The notes: a model not told the origin generated them from the sequence alone. Shown: positions 29,554 through 40,412, numbered from the stretch's first letter. The stretch is DNA of 64,000 nucleotides from a bacterium (GCA_965261595.1 CBDHDG010000004.1:608001-672000); one strand, 5' to 3'. Translations and numbers: made by a program.

Positions 29554-30294
29554 GTGAAATCCACCGATAATCCGGGCGAACGCGCGAGCCGCATCGGCAT
29601 TCTGGGGGGAACCTTCAACCCCATCCACACCGGCCACCTGGTGGCGGCCGAGGAAGTGGGAAGAGATTTCAACCTGGACAAGGTACTGCTGATTCCGGCC
29701 AATCTGCCTCCATTGAAGGAGCACGACGGCGTGATCACCTCGGAACATCGGCTCCGCATGGTCTCGCTGGCCGCCCGAAGCAATCCAAGGCTGGAGGCGC
29801 GGGACCTGGAAATCAAGCGGGGGGGCGTCAGTTACACCATCGACACCGTGCGCGCCCTCATCGAGGAAACCGGACCGTCCGCGGACTTCTTCTTCATCAT
29901 CGGCCAGGACGCCTTCCGGCACATCGGCGCCTGGCGTGAGGCGAAGGCGCTTTTCGCGTTGACCCACTTCATCGTCGTCAGGCGCCCGACGCTTTCGGTC
30001 GATGAGATGATCGGCCTTCTGGTTGATTCCATCCAATCGGAAAACGGAGAACCCACGTTCGTGCGCACGGGATACGACAATCAGGTTGCGGCGGACGGCC
30101 TTCGGGTGGAACCCCACGGCCGGGAAATCTGGTTGAAAGACATCCCCTACTTCGATGTCTCCTCCTCGCTAATCCGCAAACGGCTGGCCGAGCGGAGAAG
30201 CATTAAATATCTTGTCCCCGAACCGGTCGAGACCTACATTCTGGAGCACTTGCTGTATGCCCACTCAGCGGAGCCGAAAGTTGCCAAGTCCTAA
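29554..30294 (+). CDS. nadD: Nicotinate-nucleotide adenylyltransferase
   Basis: GGTFNPIHTGH, SYTIDT, IIGQDA, VSSSLIR. Confidence 0.96.
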   Translation: MKSTDNPGERASRIGILGGTFNPIHTGHLVAAEEVGRDFNLDKVLLIPANLPPLKEHDGVITSEHRLRMVSLAARSNPRLEARDLEIKRGGVSYTIDTVRALIEETGPSADFFFIIGQDAFRHIGAWREAKALFALTHFIVVRRPTLSVDEMIGLLVDSIQSENGEPTFVRTGYDNQVAADGLRVEPHGREIWLKDIPYFDVSSSLIRKRLAERRSIKYLVPEPVETYILEHLLYAHSAEPKVAKS

Positions 30295-30301
30295 AGGGAT
30301 C

Positions 30302-30721
30302 ATGATGGACGCGGAGGAGAGAGGGCTCCTGGCCTGCCGCGCGGCCTCGGACAGAAAGGCCCTGGACATCGCCGTCCTGGATTTGCGGGAGATATCGAGC
30401 ATCACCGACCTGTTCCTCGTCTGCTCGGGACAGAACTCCCGGCAGATGCGGGCCATCGCCGAAGAGATCGACAACCGGCTTTCCGAACGGGGGGTGGAGC
30501 CCCTGTCCCGAGAAGGGACCGGCGAGGGAAGTTGGCTCCTCCTGGATTACGACGACTTGGTGATTCACATCTTCAGCGAGGACGCGCGATTGTTTTATGA
30601 CCTGGAGCGCCTGTGGACCCAGGCGCCGCGGCTCACCCGGCTCGCGGGCGAGCCCATTCCGGAGCCGCAGGCAGCAGGAAAGCCGAGCCCGGCCGCGGCC
30701 CGAGCAGAAGGCGGTCCATGA
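30302..30721 (+). CDS. rsfS: Ribosome silencing factor
   Basis: DRKALDIAVLDL, WLLLDYDDLVIHIF, FYDLERLW. Confidence 0.95.
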   Translation: MMDAEERGLLACRAASDRKALDIAVLDLREISSITDLFLVCSGQNSRQMRAIAEEIDNRLSERGVEPLSREGTGEGSWLLLDYDDLVIHIFSEDARLFYDLERLWTQAPRLTRLAGEPIPEPQAAGKPSPAAARAEGGP

Positions 30722-31077
30722 ACAAGAAAACCGTCGAAAAACATCGCCGGAAACTGATTGGGATTCGCCGCTCCCTCATGGGCGACGTCGGCGCGCGAAT
30801 GCGCGAAAGCCAGGAAATCGGCGACGACGGCATCCAGGACATCGCCGATCAAGCAACCGGCATCAACACCCGCCAGATCCTGATCGGCTTAGGCGAAAAG
30901 GAGAGAGACCAGCTCAAGCTGGTCGATCTGGCCCTGGAGAAGATCTCCCGCGAATCGTACGGGATCTGCGATCAATGCGAAGAGAAAATCCCGGCCAAGC
31001 GCCTGGAGGCCATGCCTTATGCGCGTCTTTGCGTCCCCTGCCAAAGCGAGGCCGAACGGTCGCCCGGTGACATGTGA
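30718..31077 (+). CDS. DksA/TraR C4 zinc-finger protein
   Basis: DIADQA (DxxDxA), YGICDQCEEKI..RLEAMPYARLCVPC. Confidence 0.92.
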   Translation: MNKKTVEKHRRKLIGIRRSLMGDVGARMRESQEIGDDGIQDIADQATGINTRQILIGLGEKERDQLKLVDLALEKISRESYGICDQCEEKIPAKRLEAMPYARLCVPCQSEAERSPGDM

Positions 31078-31111
31078 CGCTCCGGCGCCCTTTCGGCCCT
31101 GAAGGCGGGGG

Positions 31112-32407
31112 ATGACGATGCCGGTCCGATTCCTGCTGACCTTCGTTCCCATCTGCGCGGGCGGTCTCTACCTGCTCACCCACCCATCGGGCAACGTTCC
31201 CATCACGTTGTTTCCCGGCCTCCAGGCGCCCCTGGCCCTGGTCGTTCTATGCTCCGCGTTGATCGGCGCCTTGGGAGCGGGAATCAGCGACGTGCCTTCC
31301 CGCCTCGCGAACCACTGGCGGAAAACGCGCACGCTCCGCGACGCCCGGAAACGCCAAGAGGCCGAGACCCTGTACCAGGCCGGCCTCACGGCCCTTTCCT
31401 CGGGCGACGACCCGCTTGCCCGCCGCTCCCTGCGCCAGGCCCTGCGAAAAAATCCCGGCCACCACGCCGCCCTGCTCGAATCCGGAAACCTTCAGCGCCG
31501 CCTTGGAAACCTGGAGGCCGCCTTTGACTTCCACCGCAAGGCCGTCCAGACCGGGAGCAACGACCTCCGATTGATCGAAAGCCTGGCGGACGACTTCTCC
31601 GCCGCCGGACGCCCGGACGCGTTGCGGGCGCTCGTGGAACGGGTCCGGCACGCCGGCGGCGCGGAGTCCATCCCCCTGGCGCACCTCCGGGACCTCTACG
31701 TCTCCAAGGGGGAATGGGAGACCGCGGTCAGGCTCCAGAATCAGCTCATGCGCCTGCCCGGAGGGGACCGGGACGGGGACGCCCGGATGCTCCTCGCCAA
31801 CCTGCTCTACGAAACCGGGTCGGGAAACGTGCGGAGCGGCAGGGCCGAAATGGGCGTCAACCAATTCAAAAAAGCCATCCGGACCCATGGCGACTGCGTT
31901 CCGCCGCGTGTGGCGATGGGGGACGCCCACCACCGCTCGGGAGAGCGGGACAAGGCGCTCCGCGTTTGGCGCGAGGGTTACGAACAGACACGCGCGCCGA
32001 TCTTCCTCGACCGAATCGTCTCTACGCTGAACCCCGGGGACTCGGGGGGAGAGAGGGGGGAGGGGGGGGGAGAAGACGTGATCCACACCCTTCACCGGAC
32101 GCTGCGCGGACGTCCCGCCGACGCGCGATTGCGTCTCGCCCTGGCCGAGGCGTACCTGAGCCAGGGCCGTCCGGCGGACGCGCTGAACGCGTTGAGCGAA
32201 CCGTCCGAAAATTCGGCGCCGGCCGCCAAGGTCTTACGCGCGCGGGCGAAGCTGGAAATGGAGGATGTTGCCGGGGCGCGGTCCGAGCTAACCTCCGGAC
32301 CGGAATCCGGCGGCGGGTTTCTGTGCTCGGCGTGCGGTCAGCGGACAGAAGCGTGGAGCGGCCGCTGCCCTTCCTGCGGAGGATGGGACACCTTCGGCGC
32401 GGCCTGA
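31112..32407 (+). CDS. LapB-like TPR protein with N-terminal membrane (LapA-like) region and rubredoxin domain
   Basis: Two hydrophobic N-terminal segments, TPR helices, C-terminal CSACG...WSGRCPSCGGW. Confidence 0.8.
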   Translation: MTMPVRFLLTFVPICAGGLYLLTHPSGNVPITLFPGLQAPLALVVLCSALIGALGAGISDVPSRLANHWRKTRTLRDARKRQEAETLYQAGLTALSSGDDPLARRSLRQALRKNPGHHAALLESGNLQRRLGNLEAAFDFHRKAVQTGSNDLRLIESLADDFSAAGRPDALRALVERVRHAGGAESIPLAHLRDLYVSKGEWETAVRLQNQLMRLPGGDRDGDARMLLANLLYETGSGNVRSGRAEMGVNQFKKAIRTHGDCVPPRVAMGDAHHRSGERDKALRVWREGYEQTRAPIFLDRIVSTLNPGDSGGERGEGGGEDVIHTLHRTLRGRPADARLRLALAEAYLSQGRPADALNALSEPSENSAPAAKVLRARAKLEMEDVAGARSELTSGPESGGGFLCSACGQRTEAWSGRCPSCGGWDTFGAA

Positions 32408-32507
32408 GCGGGGCCGGCGCCGCCGCCGGGCCAGAGGCGGCGGAACCGTTTTCCGCGAAGCTTCGCCTTCTACAAGGATATCCGTCCCAAAGGATCCAAG
32501 GGGGTTT

Positions 32508-34085
32508 CTACTTTTTTGAAGACAGAGCGATCTTGTCGCCGGGCATGATCAGGGCGTCTTTGGAGAGGCGGTTCCAGGACAGGAGATTCACCACCGAGAC
32601 CCCGTACCGGCGAGAGATGTCCCAAATCGACTCACCCGACAGAACCACGTGGGCGCCGGCCGGGCCCGCGGCGGGGTTTTCGCTCTTCGCCCCCGCCGAG
32701 AGTTTCCCGGTGCGCGCCTTCGCCGATTTCGGATTCTTCTCCGGAAGGATCAGCCGTTGTCCGATGGCCAGCCTTCCGGGATTGCTCAGACCGTTGGCCT
32801 CGGCCAGGGCTTCTATCGTCGTCCCGAGATTTCGGGCGATCTCCCCCAGCGTATCCCCTTTCCGGACTTCATGGATTTTGCCGGCGTACAGGCTGGGCTT
32901 CCAATCCGCGATGGCCTTGGCCACTTTTTGGGAAACCCCGGGGGGGACCTTGATCTTGTATCCGGGGTAACCGGGAGGCGTCTTCCATCGGCGCAATTCC
33001 GGGTTCAGGGACCGGATGATGTTCATCGAGACCCCCGCGGCGGAGGCAATCCACCGCAAGTCGGTGGGCTGAGTGACGGGGACCTCTTCAAAACGCAATG
33101 GAGGCTCATACTTCAGACCGGTGAACCCGTATGCCTTCGGATTCTTGGCCAGTATGCGGGCCGCGACGAACTTCGGCACAAAGCTCCGGGTTTCCCGGGC
33201 GATCAGCCGTGTCTTGGCGAGCGTCCAGAAGTCTTTTCGCTTCAACCGATTCAACCCGCGGCGAATCTTTCCCTCTCCGGCGTTGTAGCCCGCCTGGGCC
33301 AGGTGCCAGGAGCGGAACTTCTTATGCAGGTCTTTGAAATACCGCGCGGCGGCCCGGGTGGCTTTGACCGGGTCCCGGCGCTCATCAATCCACCAATTGA
33401 TCTTGAGGCCGTATCGCCGGGCGGTCGGTCTCATGAACTGCCAGATCCCGCTGGCGCCCGCCATGGAGTAGGCCCTTGAATTGAACCCGCTCTCGATCAA
33501 AGCGATATAGACCAGATCCTCCGGCACCCCTTCCTCGCGCATGATCCGGCGCATGAAATCCACATACCGGGTGGAACGCTCCAGCCATTTGGCAAAGGTG
33601 ACCCGGCTGGGTCCCGTGTAATACCGGATGAACCAACGAACCTGAGCGTTGAGAACGATGGGGATCTGCGGACCGCCGCCCTTCTTGATCCGGGTGTCCC
33701 CTTCGGACTCGATCCGGGCGTCCTCGTCTCGGGGCGCCGCCGGCGGGACGGATTTCTTCGGCGACTCGGGGGCCGGACGGGAAGGGACGATGACCGAATC
33801 AGGGGGCGTGTAGAGGCGCCCGATAATGGCCCGCTGGCCGGGTTCCGCGCGTCCACCCGGGGAATCAAGCCCGGCAGCCGGTGAAGAGGATTTTCCGGAG
33901 GGTTTCGCAACCCGCGCGGGAGGAAGCGGCTTGCCGCGTGGCGCGTCCCACGTCTTGGGGATCAGCAGCGGCCCTGCGCTCTCCGGCACGGGGAGCGGCC
34001 CGACCACACGGTCCGGCTGCACCGGGGTCGCGGTGCAAGCGGCCAATGAGAGCAGGAACAAAACGGGAAAAACAAAGCGCGGCAT
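32508..34085 (-). CDS. mltD: Membrane-bound lytic murein transglycosylase D-like lipoprotein with LysM domains
   Basis: Lipobox LAAC, IESGFN, GIWQFM, YNAGEG, ETRSFVPK, LysM repeats. Confidence 0.9.
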   Translation of the reverse strand: MPRFVFPVLFLLSLAACTATPVQPDRVVGPLPVPESAGPLLIPKTWDAPRGKPLPPARVAKPSGKSSSPAAGLDSPGGRAEPGQRAIIGRLYTPPDSVIVPSRPAPESPKKSVPPAAPRDEDARIESEGDTRIKKGGGPQIPIVLNAQVRWFIRYYTGPSRVTFAKWLERSTRYVDFMRRIMREEGVPEDLVYIALIESGFNSRAYSMAGASGIWQFMRPTARRYGLKINWWIDERRDPVKATRAAARYFKDLHKKFRSWHLAQAGYNAGEGKIRRGLNRLKRKDFWTLAKTRLIARETRSFVPKFVAARILAKNPKAYGFTGLKYEPPLRFEEVPVTQPTDLRWIASAAGVSMNIIRSLNPELRRWKTPPGYPGYKIKVPPGVSQKVAKAIADWKPSLYAGKIHEVRKGDTLGEIARNLGTTIEALAEANGLSNPGRLAIGQRLILPEKNPKSAKARTGKLSAGAKSENPAAGPAGAHVVLSGESIWDISRRYGVSVVNLLSWNRLSKDALIMPGDKIALSSKK

Positions 34086-34407
34086 GGAAACCCGCCCCGG
34101 AGTCAACATTCTAAATCCATTGAAGAAGGCCGCGCCCACCGGCTCTACGAAGATTCTGATCACCTCACCTCCCCGAGTGCGAACATTGAGATCGTATTTC
34201 CCCTTCGTCCCGAAGTCAATCAAAATTTCAACGTCCCTGCGCGAAAACAAGGCGCGCGGACCGGCATTTCGCCCCCACAGCGGTTCTTCTTTTTTTCCGG
34301 CGGCTCAACCCCCGCCCCAATAAGCCCCCTCCCCGGGGTTAAGGAAATCTCCATTCTTTCCGATGATTCAAAATATGAGCCACTTTCATGGCCAGGAGGA
34401 AGAAACC

Positions 34408-34593
34408 ATGAGGCCCGCAACGCAAGTCATTGAAAAAGAAGAGGGTCATCCGGAATGCCATCCGGAAGGCCACCCCCCGCCCGAGCGGTGGTTCTGCACC
34501 CGATGCCGTCGGGAAATCGACGGTGAGTCAACGGTCTGTACGGTCCATGAGAGTTTATACATCTTTTACCACGCCGAATGCCTGGATGGATGA
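34408..34593 (+). CDS. Small putative Zn-binding protein (61 aa)
   Basis: AGGAGG RBS; CTRC...HAEC. Confidence 0.55.
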   Translation: MRPATQVIEKEEGHPECHPEGHPPPERWFCTRCRREIDGESTVCTVHESLYIFYHAECLDG

Positions 34594-34865
34594 CGGAACC
34601 AGCCGTTGAAGGGCCCGGGAAGTCCGGATGGAATTCGTTCCGCGCCCCTCTTCTCCCCCCTCTGCCCTCTCGCCCGCTCCTCTTCTGCTGAATATCGCGA
34701 GATCGTTCGCCCCGGCTTCCTCCGGAAAGACCCGCTTGACCGCCGCTGTCAGCCCCCCGTCCTTTCATTTTCCCGCTAGACCGTTTAAAAGATCCGCGGA
34801 GATCGCCTTTCCCTGAAAGTCCCGGTCCGCCCGGTCTCAAAATCGTCCCGGTCAAGCGTCTCACG

Positions 34866-34909
34866 CCGGGCGGTGGTCGCACCGGGCGGTGGTCACACCG
34901 GGCGGCGGG
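34866..34909. repeat. 16-bp tandem repeat, about 2.7 copies
   Basis: CCGGGCGGTGGTCGCA CCGGGCGGTGGTCACA CCGGGCGGCGGG. Confidence 0.8.
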
Positions 34910-34970
34910 ATTCCACCCAGTGGATGACCCGGATCAACCGGGAGAAATCCAACCCTCACGGAGATCAACG

Positions 34971-35549
34971 ATGCGGATGAAAGCGCGGAAAATCGTCACG
35001 ATGGTGGAAGAGATCAGGCGGGAAATCGGGCGGGAAGTCGCGCCCCCCATCCGGAAAGCGGCCGCAATCGCCGTCTTCGAGAACCCCTTTGCCGGCCAGT
35101 ATCAGGAAGACCTGGACGACCTCATCGGTATCGGTGAAGAGGCGGGCGAACTCCTGGGGCGCTTGGCCGTTGAGGCCCTGGGCGGAGACGCCTTTCACGG
35201 TTACGGCAAGGGGGCCGTCGTCGGGACCGCCGGCGAGCTCGAGCACGCCGCGGCCATTCTTCACCCCAAGCTGGGAAAACCCCTTCGCGAGGTTGTGGGC
35301 GGGGGGAAGGCCGTCATCCCCTCCTCGAAAAAGCGCGGCGCGGCGGGCGCGGCCATCGACGTCCCCCTGCACTACAAAGACGCCCTCTACGTCCGATCCC
35401 ACTATGACGCCATGACCGTCTGTGTCCCCGACGCGCCCTTCCCCGACGAGATCCTCTGCGCGATCGTCGTCACCAACGGCGGCCGCCCCTTCCCAAGAGT
35501 CGGCGGACTGAAGCTGGAAGAGATGACAGGGGAGGACGGGCTTCGCTGA
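34971..35549 (+). CDS. Amino acid synthesis family protein (DUF1185/AA_synth)
   Basis: NPFAG, YGKGAVVG..GELEH, YVRSHYD, PDAP..DEI. Confidence 0.85.
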   Translation: MRMKARKIVTMVEEIRREIGREVAPPIRKAAAIAVFENPFAGQYQEDLDDLIGIGEEAGELLGRLAVEALGGDAFHGYGKGAVVGTAGELEHAAAILHPKLGKPLREVVGGGKAVIPSSKKRGAAGAAIDVPLHYKDALYVRSHYDAMTVCVPDAPFPDEILCAIVVTNGGRPFPRVGGLKLEEMTGEDGLR

Positions 35550-35671
35550 TGGCGACTGAACCGCGAAGTTATCAGATCGGGAAAAGTCTAAATTTAGAGT
35601 CCTGACCCCTCCGGGCCAAAAGTGGGTGAGAAATCCAGGCTATTCCTCTCCCCCCTCCCCCCCTCTCCCCA

Positions 35672-36913
35672 TTAAGCGGGGCGTCTTATCCTTCGATAGG
35701 CGTCCCCGATGGGGTCCTCGATGAGGGCGGTGCATACGGCCGCCGCCGAGAGGATGACGGCCGTCGCCAGAAACGCCGCCGTGTACGTCCCCAAGGCGTC
35801 GAACAGCACGCCGGCCACAAGAGGTCCGCAGAGAGCCCCCAAGCCGTGGGCGGCGACGATGTATCCGAACACCTTCCCCAAACGCTCGGGGCCGAAGATG
35901 TCGGCCGTAGCCGTCGACGTCATCGGCGTGGTGGCGAAATAGAAGAAACCGTACACCCCGATGATGGCCCAAAGCCCCGCCGCGCCCCGCATCCACGGGA
36001 GAAAAACGAAACAAACCGCCCGGACAAGATAGATGAACGTCAGCGGACGGCGGCGCCCGATCCGGTCGGAGAGCGCCCCCAGGAGAATCACGCCGACAAT
36101 GCTGATCCCACCCATAAACCCGTTGGCCGAACCGCTCAGCCACGGGGCGATTCCAGCGTCCACGGCAAAGGGCGGCAGGTGCGCGGCGAGAACGAAATCG
36201 CTGAACCCGCAGGCGAAAAAGCTGATCGCCAAACACCAGAAGGACCGGCTGTTCAGGATCCCCGCCGCCGCGTTTCGACTTCCCTCCGGGGGTTTCGGGG
36301 CCTCCTCTCTCGATGACCGGTAGGGGCCGTTTCGCAGAAAAACGAACGCCAGGGGCAGCGGCAGAAGCAGGGTGAGCAGCCCGAGGCCCGCAAACGCGTT
36401 CCGCCAGCCGTGAAGAAGGACCCAGTACTGCGTCAAGGGGAGGAGGACCAGCTGCCCCGCGTTGAATCCAGCCAGGGCCACACCAACGGCTAGCCCCCGG
36501 CGCCGGGCGAACCACTGGGTGACGGCGACACTCGAAACATTGATCGTGGACATGGAATAGCCGAGGGCGAGGACGACCCCGTAAGTCAGGTCCATTTGCC
36601 AAATGGACTGCACAATAGAACAAAGAAGCGCCCCGACGCCCAACACGGCCGTCCCGGTCACGATCACCCCCCGCGGGCCAAACCGGTCGAGAATCCTCCC
36701 CATAACCATCATCATGAGGAAGTAGACGAATTGGGAGCTCGAAACGACCAGGGAAACGGACGTGCGCGTGGCCTGAAATTCGGCCTCGATGGGTTTGACG
36801 AAGATGCCGAACATGTGCCAGATCCCGCCGGCAAAGCCGACGGTGACAAAAATGACCGCCACCGCGGTCCATGCCCGGCGGCCGGATGCGGCATCTCCGG
36901 TTTCAAGCGTCAA
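35672..36913 (-). CDS. MFS transporter
   Basis: About 12 TM helices; GRILDRFGPR and GALSDRIGRR motifs. Confidence 0.92.
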   Translation of the reverse strand: MTLETGDAASGRRAWTAVAVIFVTVGFAGGIWHMFGIFVKPIEAEFQATRTSVSLVVSSSQFVYFLMMMVMGRILDRFGPRGVIVTGTAVLGVGALLCSIVQSIWQMDLTYGVVLALGYSMSTINVSSVAVTQWFARRRGLAVGVALAGFNAGQLVLLPLTQYWVLLHGWRNAFAGLGLLTLLLPLPLAFVFLRNGPYRSSREEAPKPPEGSRNAAAGILNSRSFWCLAISFFACGFSDFVLAAHLPPFAVDAGIAPWLSGSANGFMGGISIVGVILLGALSDRIGRRRPLTFIYLVRAVCFVFLPWMRGAAGLWAIIGVYGFFYFATTPMTSTATADIFGPERLGKVFGYIVAAHGLGALCGPLVAGVLFDALGTYTAAFLATAVILSAAAVCTALIEDPIGDAYRRIRRPA

Positions 36914-37243
36914 ATCGAATCACTCCCTCGGTCGCACGGCAAACCAGCCTTGCATCGTGCGGGCGCACCTCCTCCACGTCAACCGGAATTTCCGAAATTC
37001 TCCGGCCGGAAACCGGGCCAATGCACTCCGCATACAACCCGTTGACCGGCATGCGGATTGCGACATACCCGTTACAGCGACTATCCCCCGGACGGTCCAT
37101 ACCGTTCGGGCGACGAAGGTCGATCGCGGCCGGCGCTTTGAAATCGAACCCGCGTTCAGACCCCCCCTTCGGCGGGATGGCCCGAGGCGCTCTTCCACCC
37201 ATTGGAACCGGTCCCGGAGGGACCGATGAGGAGAAAGACGGTC

Positions 37244-37690
37244 ATGGCCCTGAATGTTCAACTGCTTCGCGACACCTTCTCGGCAATCACGCCCAAGGGC
37301 GACGACCTGGCCAAGACGTTTTACGACACGCTCTTCGAGCGATATCCCGGCGTCCGGCCGCTGTTTGAGAACGTCCGCTTCGATGAGCAGCGGAAAAAAC
37401 TCATCCGCGCCCTCGCGCTCGTCGTCCGCAACCTGGAAAAGCCCGATTACCTGAAGGCCTACCTGGGCGGACTGGGGCAGATGCACGTGGCCTACGGCGC
37501 CGAGGAGGCCCATTACGCGGCCGTGGGCGAGTGCCTGCTGGCCGCGCTGGAATCCATCGCCGGGAGCGCCTGGAACGATGAAGTCCGGCAAGCCTGGTCC
37601 GACGCCTACGGCGTCGTCGCCCAGTTGATGATCGACGGCGCCCGCAAGATGGAGATCGAGGCCCCCGTGGAAGCGCAGGCTATGAGCTGA
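37244..37690 (+). CDS. Single-domain globin
   Basis: FYDTLFERYPGVRPLF, LGQMHVAYGA..HY..VG..LL, AWSDAY. Confidence 0.9.
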   Translation: MALNVQLLRDTFSAITPKGDDLAKTFYDTLFERYPGVRPLFENVRFDEQRKKLIRALALVVRNLEKPDYLKAYLGGLGQMHVAYGAEEAHYAAVGECLLAALESIAGSAWNDEVRQAWSDAYGVVAQLMIDGARKMEIEAPVEAQAMS

Positions 37691-37856
37691 CCGCTCATCG
37701 GGCAAGGCCCGAGATTCTCCGCGATTGAATCCGGGCACGGACACGCCCGGGGGAGGGAGGAGGAGAATTCTTCCCTCTCTTGACGGGCGCCATCCCAGCC
37801 GTCTCGTAAACATCCGTCGCACACCGCTTCACCGGACCGGCCGGAGCGCCGGTCTC

Positions 37857-37886
37857 GATTCGCCCGGATTCGCCCGGATTCGCCCG
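37857..37886. repeat. 10-bp tandem repeat x3
   Basis: (GATTCGCCCG)3. Confidence 0.9.
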
Positions 37887-38133
37887 CCCCCCCCCGGAAG
37901 GCATGAATCAATATCGGCAAGTCCGCCGTCTTCCGATTGAATTCCGCCACGCCGCTGTGTCAAAATACCGGGCTGAATTTGGAGGGAGACGCGCCGAAGT
38001 CCGGTAACAGCGCTCCGGCCGGCCCCCTCGAACACCGGCTGGAGCCCACGCTCGGGTATTGATTTCCCCGTTCCGAGAAATAGAGGATCCGCCCGGATAA
38101 AAGCCCACCTCAGACACGGAAAGCGCAACCGGC

Positions 38134-38866
38134 GTGATCCCGCCTGAATTCTCCATCGTCATTCCCGCCTTCAACGAAGAGCGCGTGCTCGGCAAATGCC
38201 TGGAGGCGGTGGAGGGCTATGTCCGGGCGAAGCAAATCACGTACGAAATCCTCGTCGTGGATGACGGGAGCACGGACCGGACCCGCGAGATCGCCCGGGG
38301 GCGCTCCGACCAAAACGGCCGCGTCCGCCTGCTGACCAACGATCAGAACCGCGGAAAGGGGTTCGCCGTCCGGCAAGGAATGCTCGCCGCCGAGGGAAAG
38401 CGGATTCTGTTTATGGACGCCGACCTTTCCACGGCGCCGGAAGAGTTCGATCGCATGGAGGACTGGTTCGACCGGGGTTACTCGATTGTGATCGGCACCC
38501 GCAGGTCCAAGGGCGCAATCATCGAGCGGCATCAATCCTGGGTTCGGGAATCCATGGGAAAAGTCTTCACCGCGCTCTCGCGGGGCGTTCTAAGGGCTTC
38601 GATAAGCGATTTCACCTGCGGTTTCAAAGGCTTCAGCCGGGAGGTCCGCCCGGACGGTGTTTTCCCGCCAGAGACTGAACGATTGGAGCTTCGACGCGGA
38701 GATCCTGCAGATCGCACAGCGCCGCGGCATTCCCATCAAGGAAGTCCCAGTCCACTGGGCCAACGCGGGGGACTCGAAAGTCCACATCGTCAAGGACACA
38801 TTTCAATCCTTTCTCGGCCTGTTGCGGATTGTTATTCACTCACGTTCCGGCAAATACGACGGCTGA
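38134..38866 (+). CDS. GT2 polyprenol-phosphate glycosyltransferase, frameshifted near 38646
   Basis: IPAFNEE, VDDGSTD, NRGKG, FMDAD, DFTCGFK; C-terminus WSFDAEIL..EVPVHW lies in the +1 frame. Confidence 0.85.
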
Positions 38867-38993
38867 CCCCCTGACGCACGCCTTCGGGCGCCCTCACGGT
38901 CATTCCCGAAAGGTTTGCGCCGGGACGCCGCTCGGATCTAATATTTTCATCGTGTACGAAACGGATTGAATTTCTTGGGAGCGTCCGAAACCA

Positions 38994-40412
38994 ATGCGAA
39001 TTCTGGCTGCCCTGTGCCTCCTGGTCGCCTTTTTGGGGGCGTCCCTTCCGGCCGCGCCCTCCGCCGAGGAGGCCCCGGATTGCCGATCCGCTTCGAGATG
39101 GGAGGCCGCGGCGCGCCGGCTCAAGTCTGACGCGAAGCTCGTCTCCCTTTTCGGAAAGGCGGCCGTCGAGTGCCCCGGAAATCTTCCGATCGCGAGTGTT
39201 CTCGGCAAACTCCTCCTCGAACGAAACCACCCCGAAGCGGCCGGCGGCGCGCTCCGTGCGGGACTTGCCCGCACACCGGGTCTCATCGAAACCCTTCTCC
39301 GCGCGGCGGAAGCGGAAGCGGTCCTCAAAAACCACCGGCAGGCCTTCCTCCTCCTCTCGGTCGCGCGCGCCATCGGCCCGAATCACCCGCACGTCCGCGC
39401 GTTTTTTGAAGACCTGCGCAACTTTCTGCCGCTCTCGGTCCGAAGAGAGGAAAGCGACGATCCAATGCTGAGGGTGTTCTTCGAGGGCCGTCGCGCAAGG
39501 GAGCGCCTGCGCAAGAACCCCCGGGACCAGGAGGCTCAGAGGAGGCTCGCCGGATACCTGCTGGCCCAGGCGCGCGCCCTGGTCGAAACGGGAAAAACCG
39601 AACGGGCCGAAGCATTGATCGGCCGGGTGCTCCGCAGGACCCCCCGCTATCGCCCCGCGCGGGAAGCCATGGTCGAGCGGATCATCGAGGGGGGGAACTA
39701 CCATTTCCGTGGAGAGAATTACGTGGAAGCGCTCAAGCGGTACCGGGAAGCGGCCCGCACCCTCCCCGACAGCGTGGCCGCCCAAATCCGAATCGCCGAG
39801 GCGCTCCAGCAGATCCCCGGCAAGCGGGAGAAATCGCGACAAGTCTATCTGAAAGCGCGCGCGCTGATGCGGTCGTCCGCGCATCGGGCCTCGGAAGAGG
39901 ATAGAGCCGAATTCACCCTCGCCATCGCAGAAGGCCTGACGCACGTCGATCCCAATCATCCCATCTACCGCAAGCGCTCCGCCCTGCGCGAAGTGGCCCG
40001 GGCCGATCGGGTCACCAAACAAGGCCGTCTGAAGGAGGCCGTGCAAGCCTATCTGAAGGCGCTGGAATGGACACCCGAAGACGGGGGCATCCATTCCTCC
40101 CTGGCCGATACGCTCAGGTACGTCGAGGACGGATGGCAGTCGGCCATCCGCCACTACGGCCTGGCCGCTTACCTCCTCAAGTCGAAACCCCCGGACGGGA
40201 TGGACGCCGAAAAGCTCAAGGCGCTCATCCGCCACGCCGAGCAAGAGGGGGCCCGACTGGAGAAAAGCCATACGGGGACACTCGCCTATATTCGCGCCAA
40301 GTTCTTTCTGACCCTTCAGGAGCGCCGCCTGGAGGCCATCTTCTTCCTCATCGTGTTCGGCTCCGTCCTGGTCTTTCTGTGGCGCTCGAAGACCGATGAA
40401 GCGGAGGACTGA
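38994..40412 (+). CDS. TPR protein with signal peptide and C-terminal membrane anchor
   Basis: Hydrophobic N- and C-terminal segments, TPR-like helices. Confidence 0.7.
   Translation: MRILAALCLLVAFLGASLPAAPSAEEAPDCRSASRWEAAARRLKSDAKLVSLFGKAAVECPGNLPIASVLGKLLLERNHPEAAGGALRAGLARTPGLIETLLRAAEAEAVLKNHRQAFLLLSVARAIGPNHPHVRAFFEDLRNFLPLSVRREESDDPMLRVFFEGRRARERLRKNPRDQEAQRRLAGYLLAQARALVETGKTERAEALIGRVLRRTPRYRPAREAMVERIIEGGNYHFRGENYVEALKRYREAARTLPDSVAAQIRIAEALQQIPGKREKSRQVYLKARALMRSSAHRASEEDRAEFTLAIAEGLTHVDPNHPIYRKRSALREVARADRVTKQGRLKEAVQAYLKALEWTPEDGGIHSSLADTLRYVEDGWQSAIRHYGLAAYLLKSKPPDGMDAEKLKALIRHAEQEGARLEKSHTGTLAYIRAKFFLTLQERRLEAIFFLIVFGSVLVFLWRSKTDEAED

Noticed and set aside
34866..37886. Short direct repeats as a possible CRISPR array
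   Set aside because: Head-to-tail 10-16 bp units, no spacers, no cas genes
38090..38112. CGGATAAAAGCCC resembling the 3' part of a ykkC/guanidine-I riboswitch
   Set aside because: 5' conserved elements not found, and the downstream gene is a glycosyltransferase
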